64,000 bases of DNA from Acidobacteriota bacterium (GTDB lineage: Bacteria; Acidobacteriota; UBA890; WLXD01): positions 1-64,000 of the forward strand of contig CBDBHB010000008.1 of assembly GCA_965205505.1 (NCBI GenBank), read 5' to 3'. The number at the start of each line of letters is the position of its first letter. Within the stretch, counting starts at the first letter, position 1. The notes under the pieces were generated by a model, which worked only from the letters and a program-made list of their open reading frames with translations, did no database searches and was not told where the DNA came from. Shown piece by piece: positions 39,759 to 48,719 of this stretch. Made by a program: the position numbers and the translations under genes.

Positions 39759-40427
39759 CTAGGCGACGCGACGTCCAGGCGTCGCCATATCAGGGTCATC
39801 AGCGAGACTGAACGCTGCGACGGTAGGCTCCAGGATCGCCAGCAGCGTGTCGAACTCGATGGCGATCACAGAGCTCCAACATTTTGCTCTGTTCGCACGA
39901 CGTACTGTTCCCTGACTGGTAGTGGGGCTGACCCGACCCTTGCTCTCAAGAAGGCGGATGCGGCAACGTGACCCCAGCGGCACATCCGGCTGATCCACAC
40001 GTGCCAACACCCCACTGCGACTTAGATTAAGTGTCACGCCGCGCAAGGCAGGAAGATCGCATTCCGCTACTTCAACGCGGATCGGATAGCAGGCTTCAAA
40101 GCGTGGAAACCGTTCAACGACGAGCCGTGGTGCGATGTCTAGGTGATCGCAGAGCTCCTCGAACCAGGAGCTTTGGAAGAATTCATTCGGGTGTCCATAC
40201 TCAACGACTTTCGTCAAGTGCTTTCGTTGGTGCGAAGAGATCAGCTTCCGATCGTGTATCTCGTGGAGGAAAACACTGTCATCGACAGCCTGCTTGAGAA
40301 CCGCCGTGAAGAGCCTGCGACAGGCGTCCGGATCGTACTCCTGTTGCAGGGAGCGACCTTCCCGAGCGACTCCTTGAACGTCACTCCTCGGCTGCTGTGC
40401 TGCAGGTGTGGCGATTACTCTCGACAT
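39759..40427 (-). CDS. PilZ-domain protein with uncharacterised helical N-terminal domain
   Basis: ERFPRF..PI, NLSRSG, GTVRR, IAIEF; N-terminal RRLFTAVLKQAVDD...FFQSSWFEELCDHLDI. Confidence 0.7.
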   Translation of the reverse strand: MSRVIATPAAQQPRSDVQGVAREGRSLQQEYDPDACRRLFTAVLKQAVDDSVFLHEIHDRKLISSHQRKHLTKVVEYGHPNEFFQSSWFEELCDHLDIAPRLVVERFPRFEACYPIRVEVAECDLPALRGVTLNLSRSGVLARVDQPDVPLGSRCRIRLLESKGRVSPTTSQGTVRRANRAKCWSSVIAIEFDTLLAILEPTVAAFSLADDPDMATPGRRVA

Positions 40428-40889
40428 CGTCTTGCACTTCTGCACGAAGCCCCGATATGCCCCGTTGAGGGCGCGCCGCCGACTGTGCCGGATCCTAGTC
40501 GTAACATCAGCGACGCGCCCACCGGGCGTTTCCCTGGTCTGGGCAAGAGGGAGACCCAAATCTATTGCTGAGACTCCGTATGTACTCTATGAAATGTATC
40601 GAACGCATTAGATCAGTTCAACATAGTTTTCATATGTTCAGATAAGTCGAACTGTTCAAATCTAATCAATAGTAACTTCCAAGGGACGAATAGGGTCACG
40701 AAAGTCGTGTCCTTTCCCTCGAACTGGCCCAAGGCGCCTCAGATCGCCGGCCTACCTGCCAGGGAGCCGGCGTTCCAGCATCTCCGAGGCCATCATCCCA
40801 AGCGGATCAGGCGGGTATCACGGTAATCTGCGCAACGTTCAGCTGACGACTGGTGGCGCCCAACCCATCCATCGCCGAGCGTAAGACCC

Positions 40890-41217
40890 GGGCAGTGACG
40901 CCTTCTACTACCGCATCGTGAACAAGCGCGGCGGCGACCCAGATATCGGTCGCAAGCTGCCGCGCATGTTTCTCGCCGCCGGGGTGAGCGAGGTCGGCCT
41001 GCACGCCGTGCAGCCAATGTCCCTCGTTGGTGAAGCGAAGCACATCAACCCGGTGACGTTGAGTGCCATCGGCCCGGCGGTGCTCGCTGATGGGCTAGCG
41101 ACAGAGGACGAGCTCGCGCAGATCGAGTCAGAGCTCGAGGAGTTCGCCAACGACCCGGCGACTTTGGTCGCAGCGCCGCGCGTGTTCCAGGTCTGGGGAC
41201 GTCGCACAACCGAGTAG
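40890..41217 (+). pseudogene. C-terminal fragment of a class I SAM methyltransferase
   Basis: RGGDPDIGRKLPRMFLAAG...VFQVWGRR; no N-terminal SAM-binding half. Confidence 0.55.
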
Positions 41218-41410
41218 AGGGCGGTTTTCGGCAGATACGGCTGCTTCGGTCGTTGCCGGTGTCGCCTCACTCGTAGGAGTAGGTTCCGCTTGGTACGTAT
41301 GCCCCGGATACGTAGCCCTCCGGTTCTTTACCCTGGCTTTCCCTAGCGACCGACGGGCCCGGTGCTAAGCTCACGACTTCTACCCTAACCACGGTCGCGG
41401 AGCTGTGTTC

Positions 41411-42130
41411 ATGCAACGGATCCTCGTTATCGACGATGATGCCGAGCTCTGCGAGCTGGTGAGCGAGTACGTTCGTGCCGAGGGCTTCGAGGTCGACGCG
41501 GTGCACGATGGCGAGGCCGGCCTCGAGGTAGCGCTTGCCGGCGACTACGCGATGGTGCTCCTCGACGTGATGCTGCCTGGCATCAACGGCTTTGAGATCT
41601 TGCGGCGACTCCGAGCCCATTCCCAGATACCGGTCTTGATGCTCACGGCTCGCGGGGACGACGTCGACCGTATCGTCGGGCTCGAGATGGGAGCCGACGA
41701 TTACCTTCCGAAACCATTCAATCCGCGAGAGCTGGTGGCGCGGATCCGAGCGATTCTGCGCCGCGCAGACGAACGCATGACATCACGTGGGCTTGCCGTC
41801 GAGGTCGGCGACGTACATCTAAACGTCGGCGCGCGCACTGCTCAGCGCGGCGGCGACGAGGTACATCTCACCGCCGTCGAGTTCGAGGTGCTCGAAGAGC
41901 TAATGCGAGCTGCCGGCAAGGTGGTGTCGCGCGAGCATCTCACGCTCGAAGTGCTCGACCGTGAGTACTCCGCCCTGGATCGCAGCATCGACATGCACGT
42001 GAGTAACCTGCGCAAGAAGCTCGGTCCTCGGCACGGCGGCACGGAACGTATCAAAACCGTACGCGGCGTGGGATATATATACACGCTACCCGCGACCCAT
42101 GAAGGGGAAATCGCTCCCTCCGGGAGCTAA
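41411..42130 (+). CDS. OmpR-family response regulator (CpxR-like)
   Basis: ILVIDDD, LLDVMLP, GADDYLPKPFNPREL, RSIDMHVSNLRKKL, TVRGVGY. Confidence 0.95.
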   Translation: MQRILVIDDDAELCELVSEYVRAEGFEVDAVHDGEAGLEVALAGDYAMVLLDVMLPGINGFEILRRLRAHSQIPVLMLTARGDDVDRIVGLEMGADDYLPKPFNPRELVARIRAILRRADERMTSRGLAVEVGDVHLNVGARTAQRGGDEVHLTAVEFEVLEELMRAAGKVVSREHLTLEVLDREYSALDRSIDMHVSNLRKKLGPRHGGTERIKTVRGVGYIYTLPATHEGEIAPSGS

Positions 42131-42134
42131 CGCC

Positions 42135-43514
42135 ATGCACCGACTGTTTATCAAGATCTTCCTATGGTTCTGGCTGGCGATGGCGTTGGTGTGGTCGGCG
42201 TTCTCGCTGCCCACCCAGCTAACCCAGAATGAAGACGTCGTCGACCGGTTTCGGGCACTCACCGGACAACGGCTGGTGCTCGCCGGACGAGTGGCGGTCA
42301 GTTTGGGTCGCCGATCGGATGAGGCAGTCGCTCAGTTCATGTCGGATCTAGAAGAGGAGGGTGCGCCCTACCCCTTCGTGTTCGATGTCGAGCTCAACGA
42401 GGTAACCGGGCGGTTGGCGCCCGAGGAAGCACGGGCGACGGCGGCCGAGGCTTTCGACAACGGGGTCGTTCACGGCGGGTTCAGTGGCTCCGGCCCCTAC
42501 GCCGGACGCTCGTTCGTGGATCGCAACGACAATACCTATACGGTCGTGCAGCGCCTCCCGAGCCGTCTCGACCTGCCGCCACCCAGCGTGCTGCCCATCG
42601 TCATCCGATGGTTGGCCGTGCTGCTGACGTCGGGCCTGGTTTGCTACGCGATGGCGCGCTACACGCTGTCGCCGGTCAGCACGCTCAGCGCCGCAACCCG
42701 GCGCTTTGCGGAAGGCGAGCTCGACACACGTGTGAGCGGCGATCTCGGCGGGCGCCGTGACGAGCTTGCCGCCCTGGGGCGCGACTTCGACGATATGGCC
42801 GAGCGAATCGGCACGCTGCTAGAGAGCCAACGACAGCTCCTCAGCGACATCTCTCACGAGCTACGCTCGCCACTTGCGCGACTGTACGTTGCGCTGGGCC
42901 TGGCGCGCCGTCAAAGCGACGATTCAGCGGCAAATGCGCTCGACCGCATCGAGCAGGAGACCGAGCGACTCAACGAGCTGATCGGCCAGTTGCTGGCGTT
43001 GACCCGCTTGCAAGACCCCGAGTCACTCGCCGATCGGCAGCCGGTGGATCTTGTCGCCCTGGTTCGCGCGGTGATCGATGACGCCGACTACGAAGCCCGA
43101 GAGTGCGGCAAGTCAGTGCAGCTCGATATCGCCGGAGCCTGTACTACGCGAGGGTTCGAGGAGCTGTTGCGGCGCGCCATCGAGAACGTGGTGCGCAATG
43201 CGATTCGCTATACGCCACCCGGATCAGCAGTGCAGGCGTCGCTCAGCGTCGCCCAGAACAACGGTTCTACGGAGGCGACGATCCACGTGCGCGATCACGG
43301 GCCGGGCGTACCCGACGACGAGCTCGACCGCCTGTTCCAACCGTTCTATCGGGTGGGCTCGGCGCGCGACCGAGAGCGCGGCGGCACCGGCTTGGGGCTG
43401 TCGATCAGTCAGCGAGCCGTGCGGGCCCACGGTGGCACAATCAGCGCTACCAACCCCGACGATGGTGGTGTCCTCATAGAGATCAAATTGCCGGCGTCGA
43501 CCGACCGCGCCTAG
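42135..43514 (+). CDS. Sensor histidine kinase (CpxA-like)
   Basis: 2 [33 protein letters not shown]. Confidence 0.95.
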   Translation: MHRLFIKIFLWFWLAMALVWSAFSLPTQLTQNEDVVDRFRALTGQRLVLAGRVAVSLGRRSDEAVAQFMSDLEEEGAPYPFVFDVELNEVTGRLAPEEARATAAEAFDNGVVHGGFSGSGPYAGRSFVDRNDNTYTVVQRLPSRLDLPPPSVLPIVIRWLAVLLTSGLVCYAMARYTLSPVSTLSAATRRFAEGELDTRVSGDLGGRRDELAALGRDFDDMAERIGTLLESQRQLLSDISHELRSPLARLYVALGLARRQSDDSAANALDRIEQETERLNELIGQLLALTRLQDPESLADRQPVDLVALVRAVIDDADYEARECGKSVQLDIAGACTTRGFEELLRRAIENVVRNAIRYTPPGSAVQASLSVAQNNGSTEATIHVRDHGPGVPDDELDRLFQPFYRVGSARDRERGGTGLGLSISQRAVRAHGGTISATNPDDGGVLIEIKLPASTDRA

Positions 43515-43578
43515 TCACATCTGGCAAACCCGTGCAGCGCCCTTGCTGTCGCCTGGCCCGGTGCCCGCCGCGACGTAC

Positions 43579-43914
43579 CTATAGAACCACCGTGCGCAGG
43601 ATCGTCGTGACGAGTGCGATCACCACGGCTCCGAGGATGGCTGGAATCCAGCCGTCGATCTGGAATCCCTTCACGAGGGCCGAAGTGAGCATCAACAACA
43701 CCGCGCTGACGACGAAAGTGAACAATCCGAGCGTCATGAGGTTGAGCGGCAGCGCCAGCAGCATCAACAACGGCCACAAGGCCGCGTTGGCGAGCCCCAG
43801 CACCATGGCCGCGATCAGCGCAGTGCCGAAGTCCCGCACTTTGAAGCCCGGAACGATGTAGGTGGTTGCCAGGAGAGCCCCAGCGCTGATGAGCCACAGA
43901 ACAAGGAGCCGCAT
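43579..43914 (-). CDS. YvlD / 4-TMS 'phage holin family' membrane protein
   Basis: ALIAAMVLGLANA.L.PLL.LL.LPL..MTLGLF.FVV. Confidence 0.85.
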   Translation of the reverse strand: MRLLVLWLISAGALLATTYIVPGFKVRDFGTALIAAMVLGLANAALWPLLMLLALPLNLMTLGLFTFVVSAVLLMLTSALVKGFQIDGWIPAILGAVVIALVTTILRTVVL

Positions 43915-43965
43915 GAAACGGTGCCTCCGTGTGGAGTTACGTTCAGTTGTGCCGTCCGGGCGCGT

Positions 43966-44400
43966 TCAATTTATCCACTGGAAGAACTCCACCGTATAGC
44001 CGCCCGGGTCGCGCACCAGGAAGGCGCGTACGGGAACGTTGGCGGAATCTGCCGGGTTACTAAGAATCTCGACCCCGGCCCGGCTCAGGAGCTCATGCCA
44101 GGCATCGACGTCCGTAGTGACGAAGCTGAGCATGACCGCGTTGTCATCGCGCGACCGATGCGCGCCACGGCTCTCGTCGACGATCCCCACCGAGGCTGTC
44201 GGCGTGATCGCGAAGATCCTCACCCACCCCTGATCGAAGGTTGGCCGGAGCTGCAAAACGCCCTCGTAGAAGCTCGCGGCGGCCTCGAGGTCAGCGTAGT
44301 ACAGAAACGTGACCTGCGAATCGATGGGCGGCGGTGGCGGCACCGGCGCTTGCGGGAGCAGGGCGGCGAGCAGTAGGGCCCACGAGATTGCGGTGGTCAT
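43966..44400 (-). CDS. Secreted VOC/glyoxalase family protein
   Basis: Signal peptide; TFLYYADL.AA..FY; FLVRDPGGYTVEF. Confidence 0.8.
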   Translation of the reverse strand: MTTAISWALLLAALLPQAPVPPPPPIDSQVTFLYYADLEAAASFYEGVLQLRPTFDQGWVRIFAITPTASVGIVDESRGAHRSRDDNAVMLSFVTTDVDAWHELLSRAGVEILSNPADSANVPVRAFLVRDPGGYTVEFFQWIN

Positions 44401-44483
44401 CGTTCCTCCCTTGGCGAGCAGGCGCTCAGGACCCCTGCACAGCATTGCACCCGGAGCCGTTCGACGTCAGCATCGCACCGGTA

Positions 44484-45425
44484 TCAGAGCCCCGGCAAGC
44501 GCACCGACTCCGGGTCGCTCGGAAGGGCGATGATCGTCCCGCGCTCGCCATCGACAATCTCCTTCAGCTCGCTCAAAGAGCCAATCGCCGCCGTGCCCCC
44601 GGCAAGCTCGGCGAACCGGCAAGCCGCCTCGACCTTCGGTCCCATCGAGCCGGCGCTGAAGCTCTCGTGCAGCAACTCTTCTGGCGTCGCTCGCCGGATG
44701 GCCTCCGCCTGCGGCGTTGCCCATCCCCGATACACAGCATCAACGTCGGTGGCCATGACCAGCATGTCGGCGTTGAGCTCAACTGCCAGCAGAGCGCTGG
44801 CAAGATCCTTGTCGATGACGACCTCGGCACCACCTAGCTTCCCCTCCTCGTCATACATCGTCGGGATACCACCCCCACCGGTGCAGACGACGATCACCCC
44901 CTGCTCCACGAGCCAGCGAATCGGACGGATCTGGAAGATGTGCTGCGGTCGCGGCGACGGCACCACGCGCCGCCAGCCGGCGCCATCGGGAGCCACCGTC
45001 CAGTCGCGCTCGGCTGCAAGTCGCTTTGCCTCGGCCTCGTCATACATGGGGCCGATCGGTTTGGTCGGATGATCGAACGCCGGATCCTCCGGATCGACCT
45101 GGACCATCGTGAGAATAGTGGCGAAGGGTTGTTCGTACGGCAGCAGATTTCCCAGCTCCTGTTCGATCAGGTACCCGATCATGCCTTCGGTCTGGGCGCC
45201 AAGCACATCCAGGGGGAAGGCTTCGACGGCATCATAGGCATCGGCCTGCAACGCCAGCAGACCCACTTGCGGCCCGTTGCCGTGCGAGATTACGAGCTGG
45301 TGCTCCTTCGCCACGGGCGCCAGGGCAGCCGCCGCCAGCCGGACGTTGAGTCGCTGCTGCGCGCTGCTCACCGGCTCGCCGCGGCGCAGGAGGGCGTTGC
45401 CGCCGAGCGCCACTACGATACGCAT
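44484..45425 (-). CDS. arcC: Carbamate kinase
   Basis: [44 protein letters not shown]. Confidence 0.95.
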   Translation of the reverse strand: MRIVVALGGNALLRRGEPVSSAQQRLNVRLAAAALAPVAKEHQLVISHGNGPQVGLLALQADAYDAVEAFPLDVLGAQTEGMIGYLIEQELGNLLPYEQPFATILTMVQVDPEDPAFDHPTKPIGPMYDEAEAKRLAAERDWTVAPDGAGWRRVVPSPRPQHIFQIRPIRWLVEQGVIVVCTGGGGIPTMYDEEGKLGGAEVVIDKDLASALLAVELNADMLVMATDVDAVYRGWATPQAEAIRRATPEELLHESFSAGSMGPKVEAACRFAELAGGTAAIGSLSELKEIVDGERGTIIALPSDPESVRLPGL

Positions 45426-45537
45426 GCGGGTTTCCGGGGCACGCGTCGTCTCAACAGGCCACTAGTGCGATCGGTCATAGCGTGGCTGGCGCCGGGAGGC
45501 CCGCATCCGGCGGCTCGGCGGCAGGCGCCCGCCGTGA

Positions 45538-46278
45538 TCAGCTCCCCGCCAGTTGGTCGAGGATCTCGCGTAGCTTCGCCTGAATTCGGCGGACGTTCTG
45601 CGGCCCCATGCGTAGCAAGTGTTTCTGCGGCAGGCTCAGTCCCTCCAGCGCGTCGTCGCGATACGTCAGACGCCCGACCGCATCGACCAGCTCGGGAGGG
45701 TCATCGACCACTGGTGTTGCCAGCAATGCACCGAATGCTTGTCGCAGACGCGGCTCGAAAGGGCGCTCCTCGCCGATCAGCTCTGTGTACGCGGCGTCTG
45801 CCAGCAACTCGACGCGCCGAAATGCGCTGACGGCAGCGCGCGCATCGAGGTCTGCGAGCGCCACCCCGACGGAGTCGTAGCGCCGGTAGCTGCCGGGATC
45901 CATGTACCAGGCATCGTCCCGATAGAGCGCATCGAAAGGCTGCTCGGGCGCCAGGAACGACAGGTGCCTTCCTGGGCTCTCACCGCTGGCCACAGCGTCG
46001 ACGACGGCAACGAAGCGTCGCATCACGTCCGAATCCTCGAGCGCCTTGGCGAGCAGCGGAGCCAGTCCGAGCATGGACGTGGCGCGGCGCACGATGTCGT
46101 CGCTGCCATCGAGCGCTGGCAAAGGCGGTTCCGGCTCCGCGATCGGCAGCGGCACAGTCAACGACTCGACGACGGCCGCCGGCTCTTCGACCGGCGGCTC
46201 TTCGCCGCCGCGGAAGTACCATACGGCGGCCACAATAAGCAGAATTACCGCAGCGGCGATCAGTGCGGGACGTTGCAC
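45538..46278 (-). CDS. DUF3014 domain protein
   Basis: N-terminal anchor; LP.LDGSD, RRFVAVVD, SYRRYD, LEGLS..QKHLLRMGP.N. Confidence 0.85.
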   Translation of the reverse strand: MQRPALIAAAVILLIVAAVWYFRGGEEPPVEEPAAVVESLTVPLPIAEPEPPLPALDGSDDIVRRATSMLGLAPLLAKALEDSDVMRRFVAVVDAVASGESPGRHLSFLAPEQPFDALYRDDAWYMDPGSYRRYDSVGVALADLDARAAVSAFRRVELLADAAYTELIGEERPFEPRLRQAFGALLATPVVDDPPELVDAVGRLTYRDDALEGLSLPQKHLLRMGPQNVRRIQAKLREILDQLAGS

Positions 46279-46364
46279 GACGGACCTCCAGGATCTCGAG
46301 AACGCTACTTCATCCTACACGAGCTCCCACAGCTTGCGCCGGAAACGCGCCCGCCGCCCCGCGT

Positions 46365-47303
46365 CTACCTCGAGCTCTTCAGGAAACGTAGAAACTCCCC
46401 ATTGGTGCCGAGCAGCATCGTCGTATCCTGTCTCAGTGTCTGCTGATATACCTCCAGCGTCTTGACGAACCGATAGAAATCGGCGTCGCGGTTGTACGCC
46501 TGGGCGTACACATCGGCGGCCGTGGCGTCGGCGGTTCCCATGATCTCCTGCGCCTGGCGATACGCTCCCGAGCTGATCGTACGCAGCTCACGTTCCTTTT
46601 CGCCGCTGATCCGCGCCGCCTCTCCGGCGCCCTCCGATCGAAACTGCTCGGCAATTCGCAGCCGCTCCGAGATCATGCGGTTGTATACCTCGCGCCGCAC
46701 TTCCTCGACATAGTTGATGCGCTTGAAGCGAAAGTCGAGGATCTCGATCCCCAGATCGGACGTCCGCCCCTGCGCCGCGGCCAGGACCTCGGACGCCAAC
46801 ATATCTCGGCCGGACTCGATATCCGCCACCGTCTCGCCCTCGGCGATGGCACCGAGCTCGTCGCCCGCCGCGATGTCGCGGTTGGTACTACGCACCACCT
46901 CGATCAGGTCGTGGTTGGCGATCGTGTTGCGGGTCTCGCCGTCGAGAATGTCGTCCAGGCGCGACTGGGCACCACGCTCGTCGCGAAGCCGCTGGAAGAA
47001 CAACAGAGGGTCAGTGATATGCCATCGCGCATAGGTATCGACGTGGATGAAGCGCTTGTCGCGCGTCGGCAGCTGGTTGCTGTCGCCGTCCCACTCCAGA
47101 AACATCTTGTTGAAGAAATTCGCCGTCTGGATGAACGGCAGCTTGTAGTGCAGCCCGGGTGTATCCACCGCATCACCGACCGGCGAGCCGAACTGGGTGA
47201 TGACCACTTGCTGAGTCTCGTCGACGACATAGACAGCCCCGCTGAACGCCAAAACGGCTGCGACCAACAGGATTCCGAGTAACACCATTCCTGTCTGCTT
47301 CAT
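46365..47303 (-). CDS. hflC: Protease modulator HflC
   Basis: QVVITQFG, PGLHYKLPFIQ, RMISER, RSEG.GEA. Confidence 0.95.
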   Translation of the reverse strand: MKQTGMVLLGILLVAAVLAFSGAVYVVDETQQVVITQFGSPVGDAVDTPGLHYKLPFIQTANFFNKMFLEWDGDSNQLPTRDKRFIHVDTYARWHITDPLLFFQRLRDERGAQSRLDDILDGETRNTIANHDLIEVVRSTNRDIAAGDELGAIAEGETVADIESGRDMLASEVLAAAQGRTSDLGIEILDFRFKRINYVEEVRREVYNRMISERLRIAEQFRSEGAGEAARISGEKERELRTISSGAYRQAQEIMGTADATAADVYAQAYNRDADFYRFVKTLEVYQQTLRQDTTMLLGTNGEFLRFLKSSR

Positions 47304-48328
47304 TGGCTTGGCTCCTGGCTAGCGATCGCCGCCGGGAGCGCCGGTTGCATAAGCCCCCCCTGGAGGTTGAGCAGCGGCAGGAGCCCGTCGATGTCCTGGT
47401 CGATGATCACCTTCTGCCGGATGGATGGCAGCAAGTCGAGCATGGTCTCGAGGTACAGGCGACGGCGCGTGACCTCCGGCGCCCGGCGGTACGCTTCGTA
47501 CACCGCCAGGAAGCGGGCCGCGTCGCCTTCGGCGCGGTTCACCCGGTCGACCGCATAGCCCTGAGCCTGCTCCACGGCCCGCAACGCCTCACCGCGGGCG
47601 GCGGGAACCTCGCGATTAAACTGCGCCCGCGCGTCGTTGATCATACGCTCGCGCTCCTGCTGCGCCTGATTGACCTCGTTGAACGATGGCCGTACCGGAT
47701 CCGGTGGGTTGACGTCTTGGAGAACGATCTGCTCGACGCGAATGCCGGTCTCGTACTGGTCGCACATCTCCTGCAATCGTCGCTCCACCTCCGACGCGAT
47801 CTCCTGGCGCCCAATGGTCAGCACCTCGGTGACGCTGCGGTCACCCACCACGGTTCGCATCACGGTCTCGTTCATGTCTCGGAAGGTTTCCGTGATGTTT
47901 CGAACTTTGAACATGTAGAGGTACGGGTCGGACACTCGGTATTGCGTCGTCCACTCGACCACGGCGACGTTGAGATCGCCGGTAAGCATGGCCGACTCCT
48001 CGGCCACCGAATCGAACTGCGACCTGACATCGGCGCTCACGGTGCGGAAGCCGAACTCCTGTTTCAGCTGCCGCTGCACCGGCACCTTCCATACCACCTG
48101 AATTGGCGCAGGCAGCTTGAAATGCAACCCCGGCTCGTTCGACGATGTGTACTCGCCGAACGTCAAGATCACCCCGACTTCCTCGGGGGACACCGTATAG
48201 ACGGTGCTCCACAACAGCACTAGACCAATGATGACGGCGGGAATCAGCGCCATCATTCGACCCGATAATTGGATATTGGGCGGGCGGAACTCGCCCACCT
48301 TCAGATTGCCGAAATCACCACGTTCCAT
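47300..48328 (-). CDS. hflK: Protease modulator HflK
   Basis: MLTGDLN, VNPPDPV..SF.EVN.A.QE, APEVTRRRLYLE. Confidence 0.95.
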   Translation of the reverse strand: MERGDFGNLKVGEFRPPNIQLSGRMMALIPAVIIGLVLLWSTVYTVSPEEVGVILTFGEYTSSNEPGLHFKLPAPIQVVWKVPVQRQLKQEFGFRTVSADVRSQFDSVAEESAMLTGDLNVAVVEWTTQYRVSDPYLYMFKVRNITETFRDMNETVMRTVVGDRSVTEVLTIGRQEIASEVERRLQEMCDQYETGIRVEQIVLQDVNPPDPVRPSFNEVNQAQQERERMINDARAQFNREVPAARGEALRAVEQAQGYAVDRVNRAEGDAARFLAVYEAYRRAPEVTRRRLYLETMLDLLPSIRQKVIIDQDIDGLLPLLNLQGGLMQPALPAAIASQEPSQ

Positions 48329-48412
48329 GTCCGGGCTCCTTTGCACACGTGGACAGAGACACTTCCACTACGGCTTGCTGGGGTCTGCGTCAAGACACTA
48401 GGGTATCGCGTA

Positions 48413-48689
48413 TAGCAGGCCGTGGTGAAAGTGTGGTGGGTCTGGTTACGGCGAGTTGGGGCCAGATGCAAGGCGGCCTGACACTGGCGATGCCCTAGCC
48501 ATCGTCGAGGAAGGCCAACGCCGCAAGTGGCCCCAAATCGCCGTAACCCTTCGGGCGACAGGGGGTTGCGCGCGTATGCTGCGTCGTTCCTCGTCAACGA
48601 TGGCGTAACCATCGCCTCCTTCTCTCTCCTTGCCTCCACTTCGCAAGACCCTGTCGCCAGACCCACCACACTTTCACCACGGCCTGCTA
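48413..48689. repeat. ERIC-like cloverleaf miniature element, copy 3 (277 bp)
   Basis: Perfect 33-bp TIR TAGCAGGCCGTGGTGAAAGTGTGGTGGGTCTGG; arms 48446-48546 and 48556-48656; centre CCC-TTC-GGG. Confidence 0.9.
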
Positions 48690-48719
48690 GACGCGCACCG
48701 ACCACGTTGCCCACAGAGT

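Noticed and set aside
41326-41343. CpxR box (GGAAA...GTAAA, minus strand) upstream of the response regulator
   Set aside because: Spacing is 11 bp rather than 10 and there is no divergent cpxP/spy ORF; too weak.
43579-43914. Holin as evidence of a prophage
   Set aside because: YvlD-type proteins are common chromosomal genes; no phage structural or integrase genes are present.
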